Shown: positions 12,469-24,000 of the stretch, piece by piece | Layout: each line of letters starts with the position of its first letter | Numbering within the stretch: position 1 is the first letter of the stretch | Source: Monocercomonoides exilis PA203 | Lineage: Eukaryota > Protista > Preaxostyla | Direction of reading: 5' to 3' | Length of the DNA stretch: 30,201 nucleotides | Assembly (NCBI GenBank): GCA_001643675.2 | Contig: LSRY02000091.1 | Span: 1-30,201 of the forward strand | The notes under the pieces: generated by a model | Databases searched by the model: none | The model's input: only the letters and a program-made list of their open reading frames with translations | Told to the model about the DNA's origin: nothing | Program-made: the position numbers and the translations under genes

Positions 12469-13092
12469 ATGTTGATGTGTATGAGTCATATTTTTCATTT
12501 TTCATGCATTTCTGAATGATTAGATGAGTGATCGTTACAAAAATGTGTTTATTTTATGTTATTGAGTTTTTCTGAAAATCGTAGAAAAATGAGTGAAATG
12601 AAAAAAAATACGTCAAAAAATAACAATCATCCACCAATCAAAATGACATAAAAAAACAAAAAGTACTTCATGATATTAATCATTTAAAAAATTGAAAACA
12701 GTTAGAAATTTTCTAATCAAATTCAATAACTTTCAAAAAAACACAATTCTGTCACATAATCATAAAACAATCACCAAATATCAACTAAATATCAACAATT
12801 TTGAACAATGAAAAATATAAGAAGAAATAGCACTATTTCAACAAATTCATGGTATCAAAGACAATTCCAAACAAAAAGAATACTTATATAAAAAGTTCAA
12901 AAACTAACTTGTCTATTTTCCCTCTGTTTTCCATCCACTCACCCCTTTCTGATATTTCTCTCTCTTTGACTCAAAAGATCAAATCCAACAAAGAAAAAGA
13001 CAGACACAATGATAAAACAACATTTCACACTCTCAACAACTCTCCCTTCCAAAAATCTCACTCAAAGATCAATGAATTCCTTCACAACTCTA

Positions 13093-13332
13093 TCTATTAA
13101 TGAATCTCGATATATACATGTATAAGCGGGACAATAACCAAGAAATAAATAGGGACATATCAGGGACAATAACCAAAAGAAAACAATCGGATTCTAACTG
13201 TTGTGCACCTGGGAGGCTGTTCGTCGTATCCAGGTCCGGATATTGCAGCCCGAAGGCTGCAATATCTAATACGAACAGTCACGTCCAGCACCCTTCCGAT
13301 AAAAGTGCCAGCTAAGCATGCACAACAACTAG
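13093..13332 (+). mobile_element. Candidate non-autonomous Helitron (~240 bp)
   Basis: Starts A|TCTATTAAT (13092|13093) and ends CTAG|T (13329-13332|13333). A short imperfect GTGC...GCAC stem (13305-13323) precedes the end. An internal perfect hairpin (13239-13266) is followed by CTAA|T. No TSD, and GC content is higher than in the left flank. Confidence 0.5.
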
Positions 13333-13336
13333 TTTC

Positions 13337-16300
13337 TTAATAGGGGACACCAAAAGAACAATTTTGAGATTCATTAAAAGAAGAAGAGTCAAGAAGAAGC
13401 TCAAATCTCCTTGAAAGAAGATCTTGAGAAGATTGAGAAAGAAGAGAAGAGTTAGATGATGTGATATCAGAGTGAAATGACTTTCTTGATCTTTGAACTT
13501 TTTCTTTCATCGTTGAAGATTCGAGGGCAACCAGAGAGCGTTGAGGAAGATATCCAACAGCTGAAGCAGAGACAAATGAGCCTTTGCGCTCAAAATACAA
13601 GTAGTCCTTCATGTGAGGGACTGACAGAGATGGCCATGAAATTTGCTGAGATGGTACATATTCTTCAAAGTACCTCTCATGCTCAAAGTTATTGACAGAT
13701 GTTGAAGATGGTGAAGAGTTCGATGATGATGTTGAGAAAATGTTTGATTGTGAAGTTGAAGAAGCTGATGTCGAAGTGTTCATATTGTTTTCGAAGAAGT
13801 TGATCAAATCATGAAGTGTGGTGATGTGTTCAGTCGAAAGATTGTTGTCGATTGCATTCACTAACGCACCAAATTCACTATCACAGATATTTTTTCCATG
13901 ATGCTCAGCGAAGAAGTTGAGTTGAGTATTTTTCTTTTAAGAAGTTTTGATTGTTTTGAAAGGATGAAGTGAAGAAGGAAGCGATTACGGTTGTGTGGAC
14001 CTGAATCGCAGAAGAACTTAAAAGTGTGAGTGTCTGCGAAGAAGTGTCTTTTGATCACAGATTCCAGACACTCAATAACAAATCTGTGATCATTTGAGAG
14101 GCAGTCGGAGAAGAAGTCGAATGTTCGTTTTATTTGTTGATTATTAATTTTTGAAGAGAGATGATTGTGAATTGAGAAACTTGTTGATAATTGAAGAATT
14201 CCTGTTGAAGTTGATTTTTCTGATAGGGAGTTTCCACTTCTCTTTGAAGTCGAAGACGAAGACTGCTTCTCCCTCTTTCAGATTATCAACAGTTGATTGA
14301 TAATGTTTTCGTTGCATTTCTGCAACAAGACGATGTTGTCGAAGAAGTTTGAGTGTATGAAATTCGGCAGAAGAAAGTCCATTTTTATTTTGTGAAGACT
14401 TCAGTTTGTTTTCGAGATAGTTGAGTTTCTCGCACATTCCACAAAGATCTGTACGTCTTTTCGCTTTGGAAAAGTTGGTAGTGAGTTTGTAGAAATGTGA
14501 CAGAGAAACTTTGATGTTTGTTTCTTCTGTGAACTCACTCCATAATTTTGTCTTGGGCTTGAAGATTAATCTTTTCTCATTGGGAGAAAAGATGCCCATT
14601 TTCTTTCTTTTTTCTTTCAAAGCTTCCAATCCATAAGAAGATGGAATTGATGATGGTAGTTGTGGAATGGAAGTTGTTGGATGAAGTGGAGTGATGAATG
14701 AGGATGAGGATGATGATGATGATGATGATGAAATGTTATTTAAAGTGTTTAAATTTGATGTTTCTGAAGAAGAAGAAGAACCACCAAATTGAATAGTAGA
14801 TAGTGTTGGTTTTGTTTTTTTCTTTTGTGTAAAATGAAAGGGAAGGAGTGAAACCTTGTGAGTGAAGATTATTCCATGAAGAACTCCATTTGTCACTATC
14901 GAATTCAGAAACACTTTCATCATTGCAAATACTCCAAAAACTATTGATTCCACTTTTTCTTTTCACAATTGCGATGTAATGTCCGTTTTGTTGATCCAGA
15001 CGTTTGAATAGTATTTGTCCAGAAAAATGATATATGATGGTTTCTTGATTATCTTTTTGAAGATGTTGAATATCTTTAGAAGAAAACCCTTTGCAAAACG
15101 TGCGTTGATTGACTCTGTCTGTTTCCATTAGTAATGTTCTCGAAGGTGCTGAACTAGCAGAATCAGTACATTCATGACAGAGGGCTAGCACCTCTGGAAA
15201 TGCAGCCATTTCCTCCCATCTCGCAGCACAGCATTTTTCCTTGCATGCATCACAATAGACACTATTCTTTCCTTCCAAAACTTCAGTTGCAAAGAGAGAA
15301 GATAATCCATGTTGCGTTGATGAAGAATTGATAACAATATTGCTACAAAATTCATTGAAATGTGATGTGATTTGTTGGCATTTTTGGCATTTGAAATGAG
15401 TGATTAAAACAGGATTGAAGGTGTCCTTATTTATCAACTCATCTTTTTGAAGAAGTTGGTGAAGATTGTCAAATGCCTCAGCCGCGTTTTGCTGCTGTCT
15501 GCTTCCATAGTTGCAGAAATTTTCCCATTTGTCAATAAGAGATGGGACCCATGAACGCACTGCCGTTCCATCTTTAGCCAATTGATGACAAACACTTACA
15601 ACACGCGAAGATGTGTTCTTCAAAAATGTTTGTTTTTTTGAATAAAGATGGTTTTTGAATAGTTATTGAAGAGAAACATTGAAGAAGAGAAGCCAAATAG
15701 CATGTGTTGCCTAAGTTAGGCAATCCTTTTGCTATTTGTGATGATTTATTTGAAGAATTTAATGAATTTGAGAAAGATTGAGAATGAGAATGATTTTTAT
15801 TGAATTTTCTTTTGCATTCTTTTTTGAAATATTTTTGAAGAATTATTTTGAATAGATATTTCATTATTTGAAGATTGAATGCTTTGTTGTTGAAGTATTG
15901 AAGTGTCATTCTCTTTTGAAAATGAAGAAAAGAGATTTTGAAATGCTTGAGGTGGAATTAATGTGGGTGAAGTGGCATAATCTACTAATTGCTCACTTAC
16001 AAACACATTATCATTTTGAAATGATGAAGTATTTATTTTTCTTTCAATTTTTTGTAATTGAAATTTGTGAAGAAGAAGTTTTTGATTTGAATATTTTGTG
16101 AATTGGTATTGGAGATGGAGAAGAATGACGCTTGTGATATGAATTTTTATTTTGGTTTTTGTTGACCCCTTTCTCTCCTTATTGGAGTGTTGATTGGAGC
16201 ATCAACAGCTTGAGAAGAAGAAGAATTTGAAGAAGGAGAATTTTTTCTGAAATGGTTTTTGAATTTTTATTGAGTTGAGATGATGTTGAAGAAGAAGAAG

Positions 16301-17032
16301 ATTGTTTTTTATTTGTAGAAGAATTTTCTGTAATAATTTCTTCATCCCAAGCTGCTTCGTCAATAAATCTGGCGTAATCTGGCTCAGCTCGCTGCTTTTT
16401 CTTTGCTGACTGAAGCGAAGTTGAGGCTTCAGTTGAATGAGCCAACATCCAGTTATTGCCCTTTTCCCATTCCTGTTCATTTAAGCCTATAATAAACAGA
16501 GAAAATTATTCAAAAAAAATTAAAATAAATACAAACCACTTTTGCAAGACGGAAGGTGAGGTTTTTGTGGCGGAATGATAAAACCTTGATTCTTCTTCAG
16601 CGTTTGCTTCGCGTAAATAAATTTTCCCTCTGTGACATCATATCCATAGTCCTGTAAATCGGATAATGATGTGTTGCGGGAAAGCGCTTGTAGCATTGTT
16701 GTCTGAGTGTGCAACGGAGCGTTGTTGTACACCACAGACAGGTCTTCCAGCAACTTTATGTGATATTCTGTTTCAAAAAAATAAATAATTAACAAATCAA
16801 AAGAAAAAAATAACAGAGAGTAATAATATTATTTATAACACACAATACAAAAAATAAAAACCAAACCATTCAAAGACTTCAGTAAATCATCAATTACTGA
16901 AGATGATTGCCTGTAGGTGTAAAACAAATAGGCAAGCAACGAATCCACGTCATTTCCGCCGATTCTCTTTATTTCTTGCCATAGAACATTGCAACGAGAA
17001 TTTAATGTCGATTCGCGTTTTGAAATGGACAT
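13337..17032 (-). CDS. Sola-like DDD transposase with an internal USP (peptidase C19) deubiquitinase domain; at least 2 introns
   Basis: ATG 17032; phase-consistent introns 16866-16768 and 16536-16487. USP Cys box KGLPNLGNTCYLASLLQC (Cys 15700-15702), QQNAAEAF, two CxxC pairs, His box NGHYIAIV (His 14979-14981) and ICNDESV. Transposase core follows: VSLSHFYKL, KRRTDLCGMC, VFDFKEK (D 14249-14251), FFCDSGPHNRN (D 14005-14007), FFAEHHGKNICDSEFG (D 13880-13882). Most ORF breaks are repaired by one-base changes in A-runs. Confidence 0.85.
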
Positions 17033-17329
17033 TTTTCTCTAATAAATATTTTCTTATGGAAAATCACAATTATTCTAAAATAATTTTTTTATTTAAAAAA
17101 TATGTATTGTTATTTTTCATTATTTGACTATTTCCAAAATTGTTAAAAATTTTTTAACGTGATTTGAATTATAGAAAAATTTTAAAAATTTCTTATCAGA
17201 AAAAATTGGAAAAATTAAAGAATTCTTAAATTGAAGGTTTATTGAAAAATTCATCACATAAATGAACTTGTCTTATGAAAAATATCATTCTCATATATAA
17301 AGTTCTTAAAAATATATATAATATTGTTC

Positions 17330-17435
17330 TTCAATGAAAAAGAATCAGATCCATAATTCAAAATTCGAAGGAGTCAAAAAGATCAAAAAAAAAGTGCTAA
17401 AGGGGGAAAGTGCAAGGAGCAGAAAACAGTTTTTT
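17330..17435 (+). repeat. Diverged internal copy of the transposon right end
   Basis: CAATGAAAAAGAATCAGATCC...CAAAAAGATCAAAAA...GCTAAAGGGGGAAAGTGCA...CAGTTTTTT aligns collinearly with 19952-20058 (GAATGAAAAAAGGATCCGACCC...CAAAAAGATCAAAAA...GCTAAAGGGCGAAAAATGCA...CAGTTTTTT) and is inverted relative to 12361-12468. Confidence 0.8.
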
Positions 17436-17668
17436 CCAATAAATAAAGTACATATGTCGTTATTTATCATTTCCGGCATAAATCAGACACATGATAATAT
17501 TGTCATTTTGTGATCGTCATTGTTTTTAATTTTCAAACAGAAAAAATTGAATTTATTTTTCTCGATGAATGAAAGGATTTTGGATTTTTCCAAAGCCAGA
17601 GAGTTTATAATTTTTTTATTATAAATGTGAATTAAATATTTCAAATTGAAATTTTTAGTGAAAATCTG

Positions 17669-19557
17669 ATGAAACCCAATAAAAGGAAATTCATAATGTC
17701 AAGTGGGAGGTTGTCTGGTTCTCGATTTTCCCGTGCGCACACAAGCATGAGAAAGCAAAGCATAATGAACGATGTGGATATGCTATCGAACTTTTTCAGA
17801 AATATGTCAGTTGATCATGCAAATAAAGTCCCCCTTCAAATTTTTTATCAAATCGATCCCCGGAAACTCGCTAATGAATAATCTGATGAAAAATTATGGA
17901 TGTTTGCTTTTTGTTTTTCCTTTATTTTCTTTGTTTTTGTAATTAATAATTTTTTTATTTTAATATTTATTATGTTTTTATTTTTTATTATTTGTTTATA
18001 AAAAGCACCATTACATAAGTTTGTCCAAAAATTGAAGCTCCCGTTCAATGAATCGAACCCGTATATCCAAGAAAAATGCTGCTGTGTCTGACTGAGTGGT
18101 TTTCTCAGCAAGAACTGATACAAGATTTCAATTACAAGATCAACTGTTTGGGTGAATGTTTGAAGGATAAAAAGGAAGAGAATTCAATTCAATCAATTTT
18201 TCGGAAGCAATCTTCTTCATCAAGTTACAGTGTAATATCTTCAGACGAAGATGAAGCGGTTGATCAAATGTCTGAAGAAGAAGAAAGCGACGATGAAGAA
18301 ACGGAGAGCGATGAATGTTTAAAAATGAGCAAAGATAAAAAATGTTCAGATATTAAAAGAGGAGGAATGAAAATGGAAATAGAGGTTTGGTTTTTATTTT
18401 TTTCAAAAATTGCCTGATTCAATTTGACAGGCAAATCAATAATTATTTGTTTATTTTTTTGTTTGTTGCTTTGAAGCAACAGTCTTCAATGGAAGCATTA
18501 GGAAATCCTTATTCTGTTCTTTCGACAGTTCCACAAATGAGTAGCTTTTTCAATTTCCTCCTTCGTTTCTATTTCCAGCTCATCCTTTACCAAAAGAATC
18601 ACGTTCATATGTTCAGGTGTTGGTGAATTGTGGGAGGGAGTTGATAAATTTTGGATCATCATGTGCTTTAGCTTCTATTTGTCAATGTCTGGCATCGTTT
18701 GGAGTGCAATGTGATATCAAAAAAGACGTGGAGGAGTGTATATTTTCCGAAGACTTTTCAGTGCAATCAGAGGGAGAACTGTGACAAGCAAAGTGTGGGG
18801 AACTCCAGCATTTATGAATTTTGTGCAAAAACATGGTGGGAGCAAATCTGATCCATTAGGGATCACAACAGCATATGAAGCAATTCTGAACGATGCATTT
18901 TTGGAGGGGTGCAATATCAAGAAAGACTTCACAGTGAAGCAATCTTCATTCAAACTGTGTGCGAAGTGTTCTCATGTTCGTGTTCATAACCAAAATCCTT
19001 CGTTTTATTTCACCATCATGCATCCATCGATTGTGAAGGGGTTGAATTTGTCATTGTCTGTAACCGATCAGTTATCAACTGAGGAACCGTGTATTGATGC
19101 TTATTGTGGGTGCAAGACTTCATTTTTGTATTGGACACAAATTGACAGGTTCCCAAAAATCCTTGCAATTTATCATAGCTCAAAGGAAAACTCCCCTGTT
19201 ATGCAACCGCCCAAAACTATCACATTTCATGGAAGTGGATCCACTCCGAAATCGATGGTGGTGACGTCACATGCAACAAATCAACTGAAACATGAGTTTT
19301 CTTTCTTTCCGAGGATTGATTACAATTTCATTGGATATGTCCTTCATTCGATGAAACCTATGCCTATTGGTCATTTTATAGCAGTTGTTGTTGATGGAAG
19401 AGATGAATCGACTGGGGAGCTTAGTCTACTGGAGTGCAATGATGGAGTTATATCTCAGGTGAATTCCCATTTCAATGAAGCATATTGGAAAGCAATGGCA
19501 AATGAAGGATGGAATGGTGCAATTTGTTTTTATAGAATAAACCAAATGATTGAATGA
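17669..19557 (+). CDS. Transposon-borne USP-like (peptidase C19) protease gene; unknown N-terminal region with an acidic tract
   Basis: Cys box ELINFGSSCALASICQCLAS (Cys 18662-18664) is missing from the ORF track. It joins ORF 18736-19557 if one A is added to the A-run at ~18719-18724. Then CAKC, FPKILAIY, YNFIGYVLH..IGHFIAVV (His 19372-19374), ECNDGVI (19435-19443) and AICFY. Likely GTTTG introns at ~17902-18005 and ~18385-18480. The 5' exon structure is uncertain. Confidence 0.8.
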
Positions 19558-19948
19558 TTTTGTTCTTTGTCTATTTTTGCTTTAATTTTTACTTTTTTTT
19601 TCCTTGCGATTTTTACTTTCGAATTTTTCTTTTTTCAATTTTCTCACTTCCTCTCTTGATGTTTTCAGTTTGATTTTTAACAGTTTTCTCAAGAAATCAT
19701 TTATAATGAATGAAATATTTTTATTTGAATAATGAATTTCTTCTGAAATGACAAATCCTTCAAAATTACAAAAACATATCATAATTTAAAATAAAAATAA
19801 AAAATGAAAAATATGAAAACATCAATAACATTAACATTGCTGTTAAAAAACAAATAAAATTTATTTTCAGAAAATTTATATGATACCTGTCCTTATACGA
19901 TTTTTAAATCACAAATTTTAAAAATTCGACTATACTCAACATTGTCAA

Positions 19949-20392
19949 TTTTGAATGAAAAAAGGATCCGACCCTATATTTTAATTTTTCGAGGGCAAAA
20001 AGATCAAAAATTACGCGCTAAAGGGCGAAAAATGCAGATTTCAAAAAAGCAGTTTTTTAGTAATATATGAAGTTAAATCGATGAAATAAACCATTTTGAA
20101 CAAAAAAAGTGGCATCGAGATTCTGATCCTTCTGTCATCTTCATTGTTTGAAGCGGAAAACAGAAGTTTTTTCCATGAATACAAGTTTTTAAAATTCAGA
20201 AAAACATTTTTCTAACTCTTATCACATACATAACTATTAAACAAAAAATCAAAATTTTTCTGATACTTGTTTTTTTTTAATAAATATTCAAAAATTCAAA
20301 AAGATATGGTTCTGATTAAAGCTGGAGTTTTGTTTCTTTCATTTTTTAAAACCACTAACTTTTCCAACTTTTTACCAGTTTGCTAATACTTT
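19949..20392 (-). repeat. Right arm of the long inverted repeat
   Basis: Reverse complement of 12028-12468. Confidence 0.95.
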
Positions 20393-21039
20393 CTTTTTTT
20401 AATGTTTGTAGTAATGCTATTATTTCTCAAATATATTTTTTATTTACCACTTTTTTAAAAAATATGTCATAATATATTCAAAATCTTTATATTTTATGTT
20501 TATTTGTCAGTAATATCTGATTCTTAAACTGTTGGCCTGTATTTATCTTGCGTTGCGGCTTTTATGAGAAATGGTTTTTATAAAAAAATGGAGAATTTTA
20601 TCAGATTCTGCTTTCAACCGAACATGTTTTCTGGCGCTGATTGAGTTCACTCTGCTGCTCGTGCGCCAACAAGAAGAATGAAATATCATGCATTCATTCA
20701 TCTTCTTGGCGAGTTGCAATAATTATTGAAGCAGTGGCATTTTTTATTTATGAAATGCTTTTACAGCGCATTGTTGCTAATTCAATGAGACGGGGAATTC
20801 AATTGTTTGTCGACTGGAGACAGCAGCGGAAGAGCAAGAAATGTAAAAGAATGCTCATGTTTTATGCAGGACAAGGGAGATTTGTTTTGCAGAAACAGAA
20901 CTGCAGAGAAAGGAACCGAACGAGAACAAAAGATGGAGGTAAGATAAAGGAATGAGAAGCAAGAGAGGTAGAATGGAAAATTAGAAAGGTTATTTTGTTC
21001 AATCTATTTAATTCAATCTTCTTTTTTTTTTTAAATTTT

Positions 21040-24000
21040 GAACTTAATAATTATAATTTCAAGATCCTTGCATGATTTTTTATTATTTTTCTCTGATTCA
21101 GATACAGATAACATTAAAACATGGCTTATTTTGACGAAGCAGACGCGTCTGTTGAATATGCTAGTCTCAGAATTGCGAGCAGAAAACAGATGGTGCGGCG
21201 TTGGTGTGCGTCCATTTGGTTGGTGATGGGCTGAAACATGGCGTGCCGAGAGTTGACAGTCGAAGAACAAAATGCAGGAGTTGATTTGGCCGTTTGAGTG
21301 GAAGATGCAGGAGCATCGGTAGAACCTGGCGCGAATGCGGGAGTTTGATAAGCCACGAAAGACATAGCGGACAGCTGGAGCAGAAGAAGTGGTGTCGCCG
21401 ACGCTGCCACTGCTGAAGCCGCGGGGAGTTCTATAAGGAATCGGAGCTTTCGTGCGTGACTGCGGTGCATAAGAAGAAAATTGTCTGGGAAGATAACAAA
21501 GTGTTAGTGAAGCTGCTTGAATGCAAGAAGTGTGAGCCTTGTGAAGTTGTGTTAAAGATACGGGAGACATGACGGGAGCTGAACTGAAAGATGGGAGATA
21601 AGAATGTGAAGAGGATGGAGGTGGAGATGAGCAAGAAGATGCTTGCGAGTTAGCAGATGGAAGAGAGAAAGTGGAAGAGAGAGAAGAAAAAGAAGGAGAT
21701 GAAGACAATGAGAACTGCAAAAAGATGGAGGATGAGAGAGAAGAACGAAATTTTGTTCAGCGGAGATAACATAGAAGGGAAATTGACGTCGCCAATTGAG
21801 AGAGAAAGAGAAAGAGGAAATAGAGTTGAGCACGAGGGTTCTTTATAGACAGAGAAAGATGGCATTTCCAAAAGCAAAGTCGATAGAATGATGCATTTGG
21901 AGTTATTTGATCAAGGCAGAACATCTCTTGTTATTCCTTCCTGCGAAGAATGGCTGCTGTCAGGAAAATTAGTGGAACACAAAGACTACTTGGGTTTTAT
22001 TTCGCAATGAAGATAAGCAGAGGTGGGCAATACGAACTCAATGAGAAGGTGCTAAAGAGGAGATGGACTATTTTCTGTGGAGGACGAAGAGAACGAAGAG
22101 AGAAGGAAAAGCGAGCTGAGAGTGCTATATGGCAGCTCGTCAGAAGCATCGAAGTCTGCTTCGAAGAAAAGCAGACGTGCTTGTGATACGTCTTCAGTGA
22201 TTTTATCATCATCATCATCATCTTCTTCTTCTTCTTCTTCAAAGCCTCACTCACACTCTCATTCCTTAAATTCGTCCCATTCAAAATCCAGCTCGTCAAC
22301 AACAACCTTATCTCCTTCCTCAACAGCTGTTCCAACTGCATCATTATCATCACCTTCTTCTTCAACTTCTTCTATTTCATCTTCTTCATCAGCCTCTCAA
22401 AATACATCTGTTATCAAACAATTTTGTCATCCTCTCCAGCCACTTGCACAGACACACAAGAAGCACAGCTATCGCACACTCAAACCGATCTCAATTGCGC
22501 ATCCACGCTCAACACTCTCGCAAAATGCAGCTGAAATCAAAAGGCAGAAGAGGAAGACAGCAGCAAGTCAGAAGCGGAACTCGTCTCTATCACCTTTTTC
22601 TTTGATGTTATCTTCTTCCATTGCTTCTTCCTTTTCCTCTGCATCTTCATTGATTTCTTCTCCATCTTCAAATCTGCTCTCTTATTCTATTTCTTCCAAA
22701 AGAAAACTGAGAATGGAAATGAAAAAGAAAAGAAAAGAAAAGCGAAAATGAAGCCAAAATTGCAACAACTCACAGCTCTCCTGAAACGACACATGAGGAA
22801 AACGAAGATGATGCAGAAAATCAGCCAAATGGTATTATCACTTCTCATCTAAATGCCTCTTCGAAACCAGATAGAAAAGTATTTCCATCTTCTTCAATAT
22901 AAATTCGACTGACTATTTCGACGTCGTCTCCATATTCAGACTTAGTTATATATTCTTCTTCTTCTTCGTTTTCTTCATCATCCTCTTCTTCTTCTGTTCT
23001 TCAAGAAATACAGTGCTCGCTCCATTTCACACTTCCTTCTCTTCTCCACCACTGGGTCTGCTGTGCTGAGACTTGCGGGCAGAGAAGCACGATGGAAGAC
23101 AGTGTGTTGCTGCTGCCTGTTGATGGATGGGACATAGAGAAGCTTGTGTGCGACGGAGAAGAGGGGATTTTGGCTCGCATACTGAAATATCCGCAGGAGC
23201 TGAGGTTTGCTGAGAAAGGAATGAAGGCACTGGAAGACAGAGAGGATGAGATCTGGGCAAGGAGGATGAGAGAAAAGGAGAAAAGGAAGAAGGAAAGAAA
23301 GAGAAAAGATGGAGAAGGAAAAGAGAGGAAGGATAGAGAAAGAAAAGAAGAAGAGGATGATAAATCCATAAATAAGCTCAATACAAACATAAAAGCAAAT
23401 GATGTTGAAATTAACTCACAATCGTTGCCTTCATCTTCTCTTTCGTCGTCATCATCTTCTTCTTCATATTCTTCAACAGAAAGTATTAAAGAACAGAATG
23501 TGAATGCACACACAACAAATGCAGCTGATGATGCTTTTCTTCAACCTCCTCTGAATATTCCTCCTCCTCCTCCTCTTTCCGCTCAAGCTCAATTCAATGC
23601 CTCTGCTCTCTTCTCAACTACTTCTTCCATACTCCCCTATGCACCTCCTCCAACCTTTCCTTCCTTTCCTTTTTTTCCTTTTTTTCCCCCTCCTCCTCCT
23701 CCTTCTTCTTCTTCTTCTTATCCTTCCTCTTCCTCTTCTTCGTATTCCCTTTTTCCACTTTCTCTTCCCCATCATCTTATTATATCTTCGCAACTCGATT
23801 CATCTTCATCTTCTCCTTTTCCTTCTTCCCCTTCTTCAATTCCCCCATATCCCCTTCTTATCTTTCTTTCTCTCAGAGCAAGGAATGACAGATTTCGAGG
23901 AGTGTCATTTCATCTGTTTCTTCCTTAACACGAAAGCCTGAAAGCATCGATACGAAAGGCAGAGGAGAGAGATGATTCTTTATGCAGCGCAGAGTGAATT

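Larger units (their letters stand above)
12028..20392. mobile_element. ~8.4-kb Sola-like DNA transposon with long inverted repeats, carrying two USP deubiquitinase domains
   Basis: ~440-bp near-identical inverted repeats at both ends enclose a DDD transposase gene (minus) and a USP gene (plus). No unambiguous TSD was found at the outermost boundary. Confidence 0.85.

Noticed and set aside
13128-13176. Short direct repeats as a CRISPR-like array
   Set aside because: Only two 14-bp copies, in a eukaryotic context with no cas genes.
14814-14822. A-AAA-AAC slippery heptamer at the USP-to-transposase junction as a programmed -1 frameshift
   Set aside because: The transposase frame is +1 relative to the USP frame, so a -1 slip would not join them. 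A homopolymer error is the simpler explanation.
21031-22751. Long Ser-, Leu- or Glu-rich ORFs on both strands in the ORF track
   Set aside because: Most are shadow frames of GAA/TCT low-complexity tracts that lack stops for compositional reasons.
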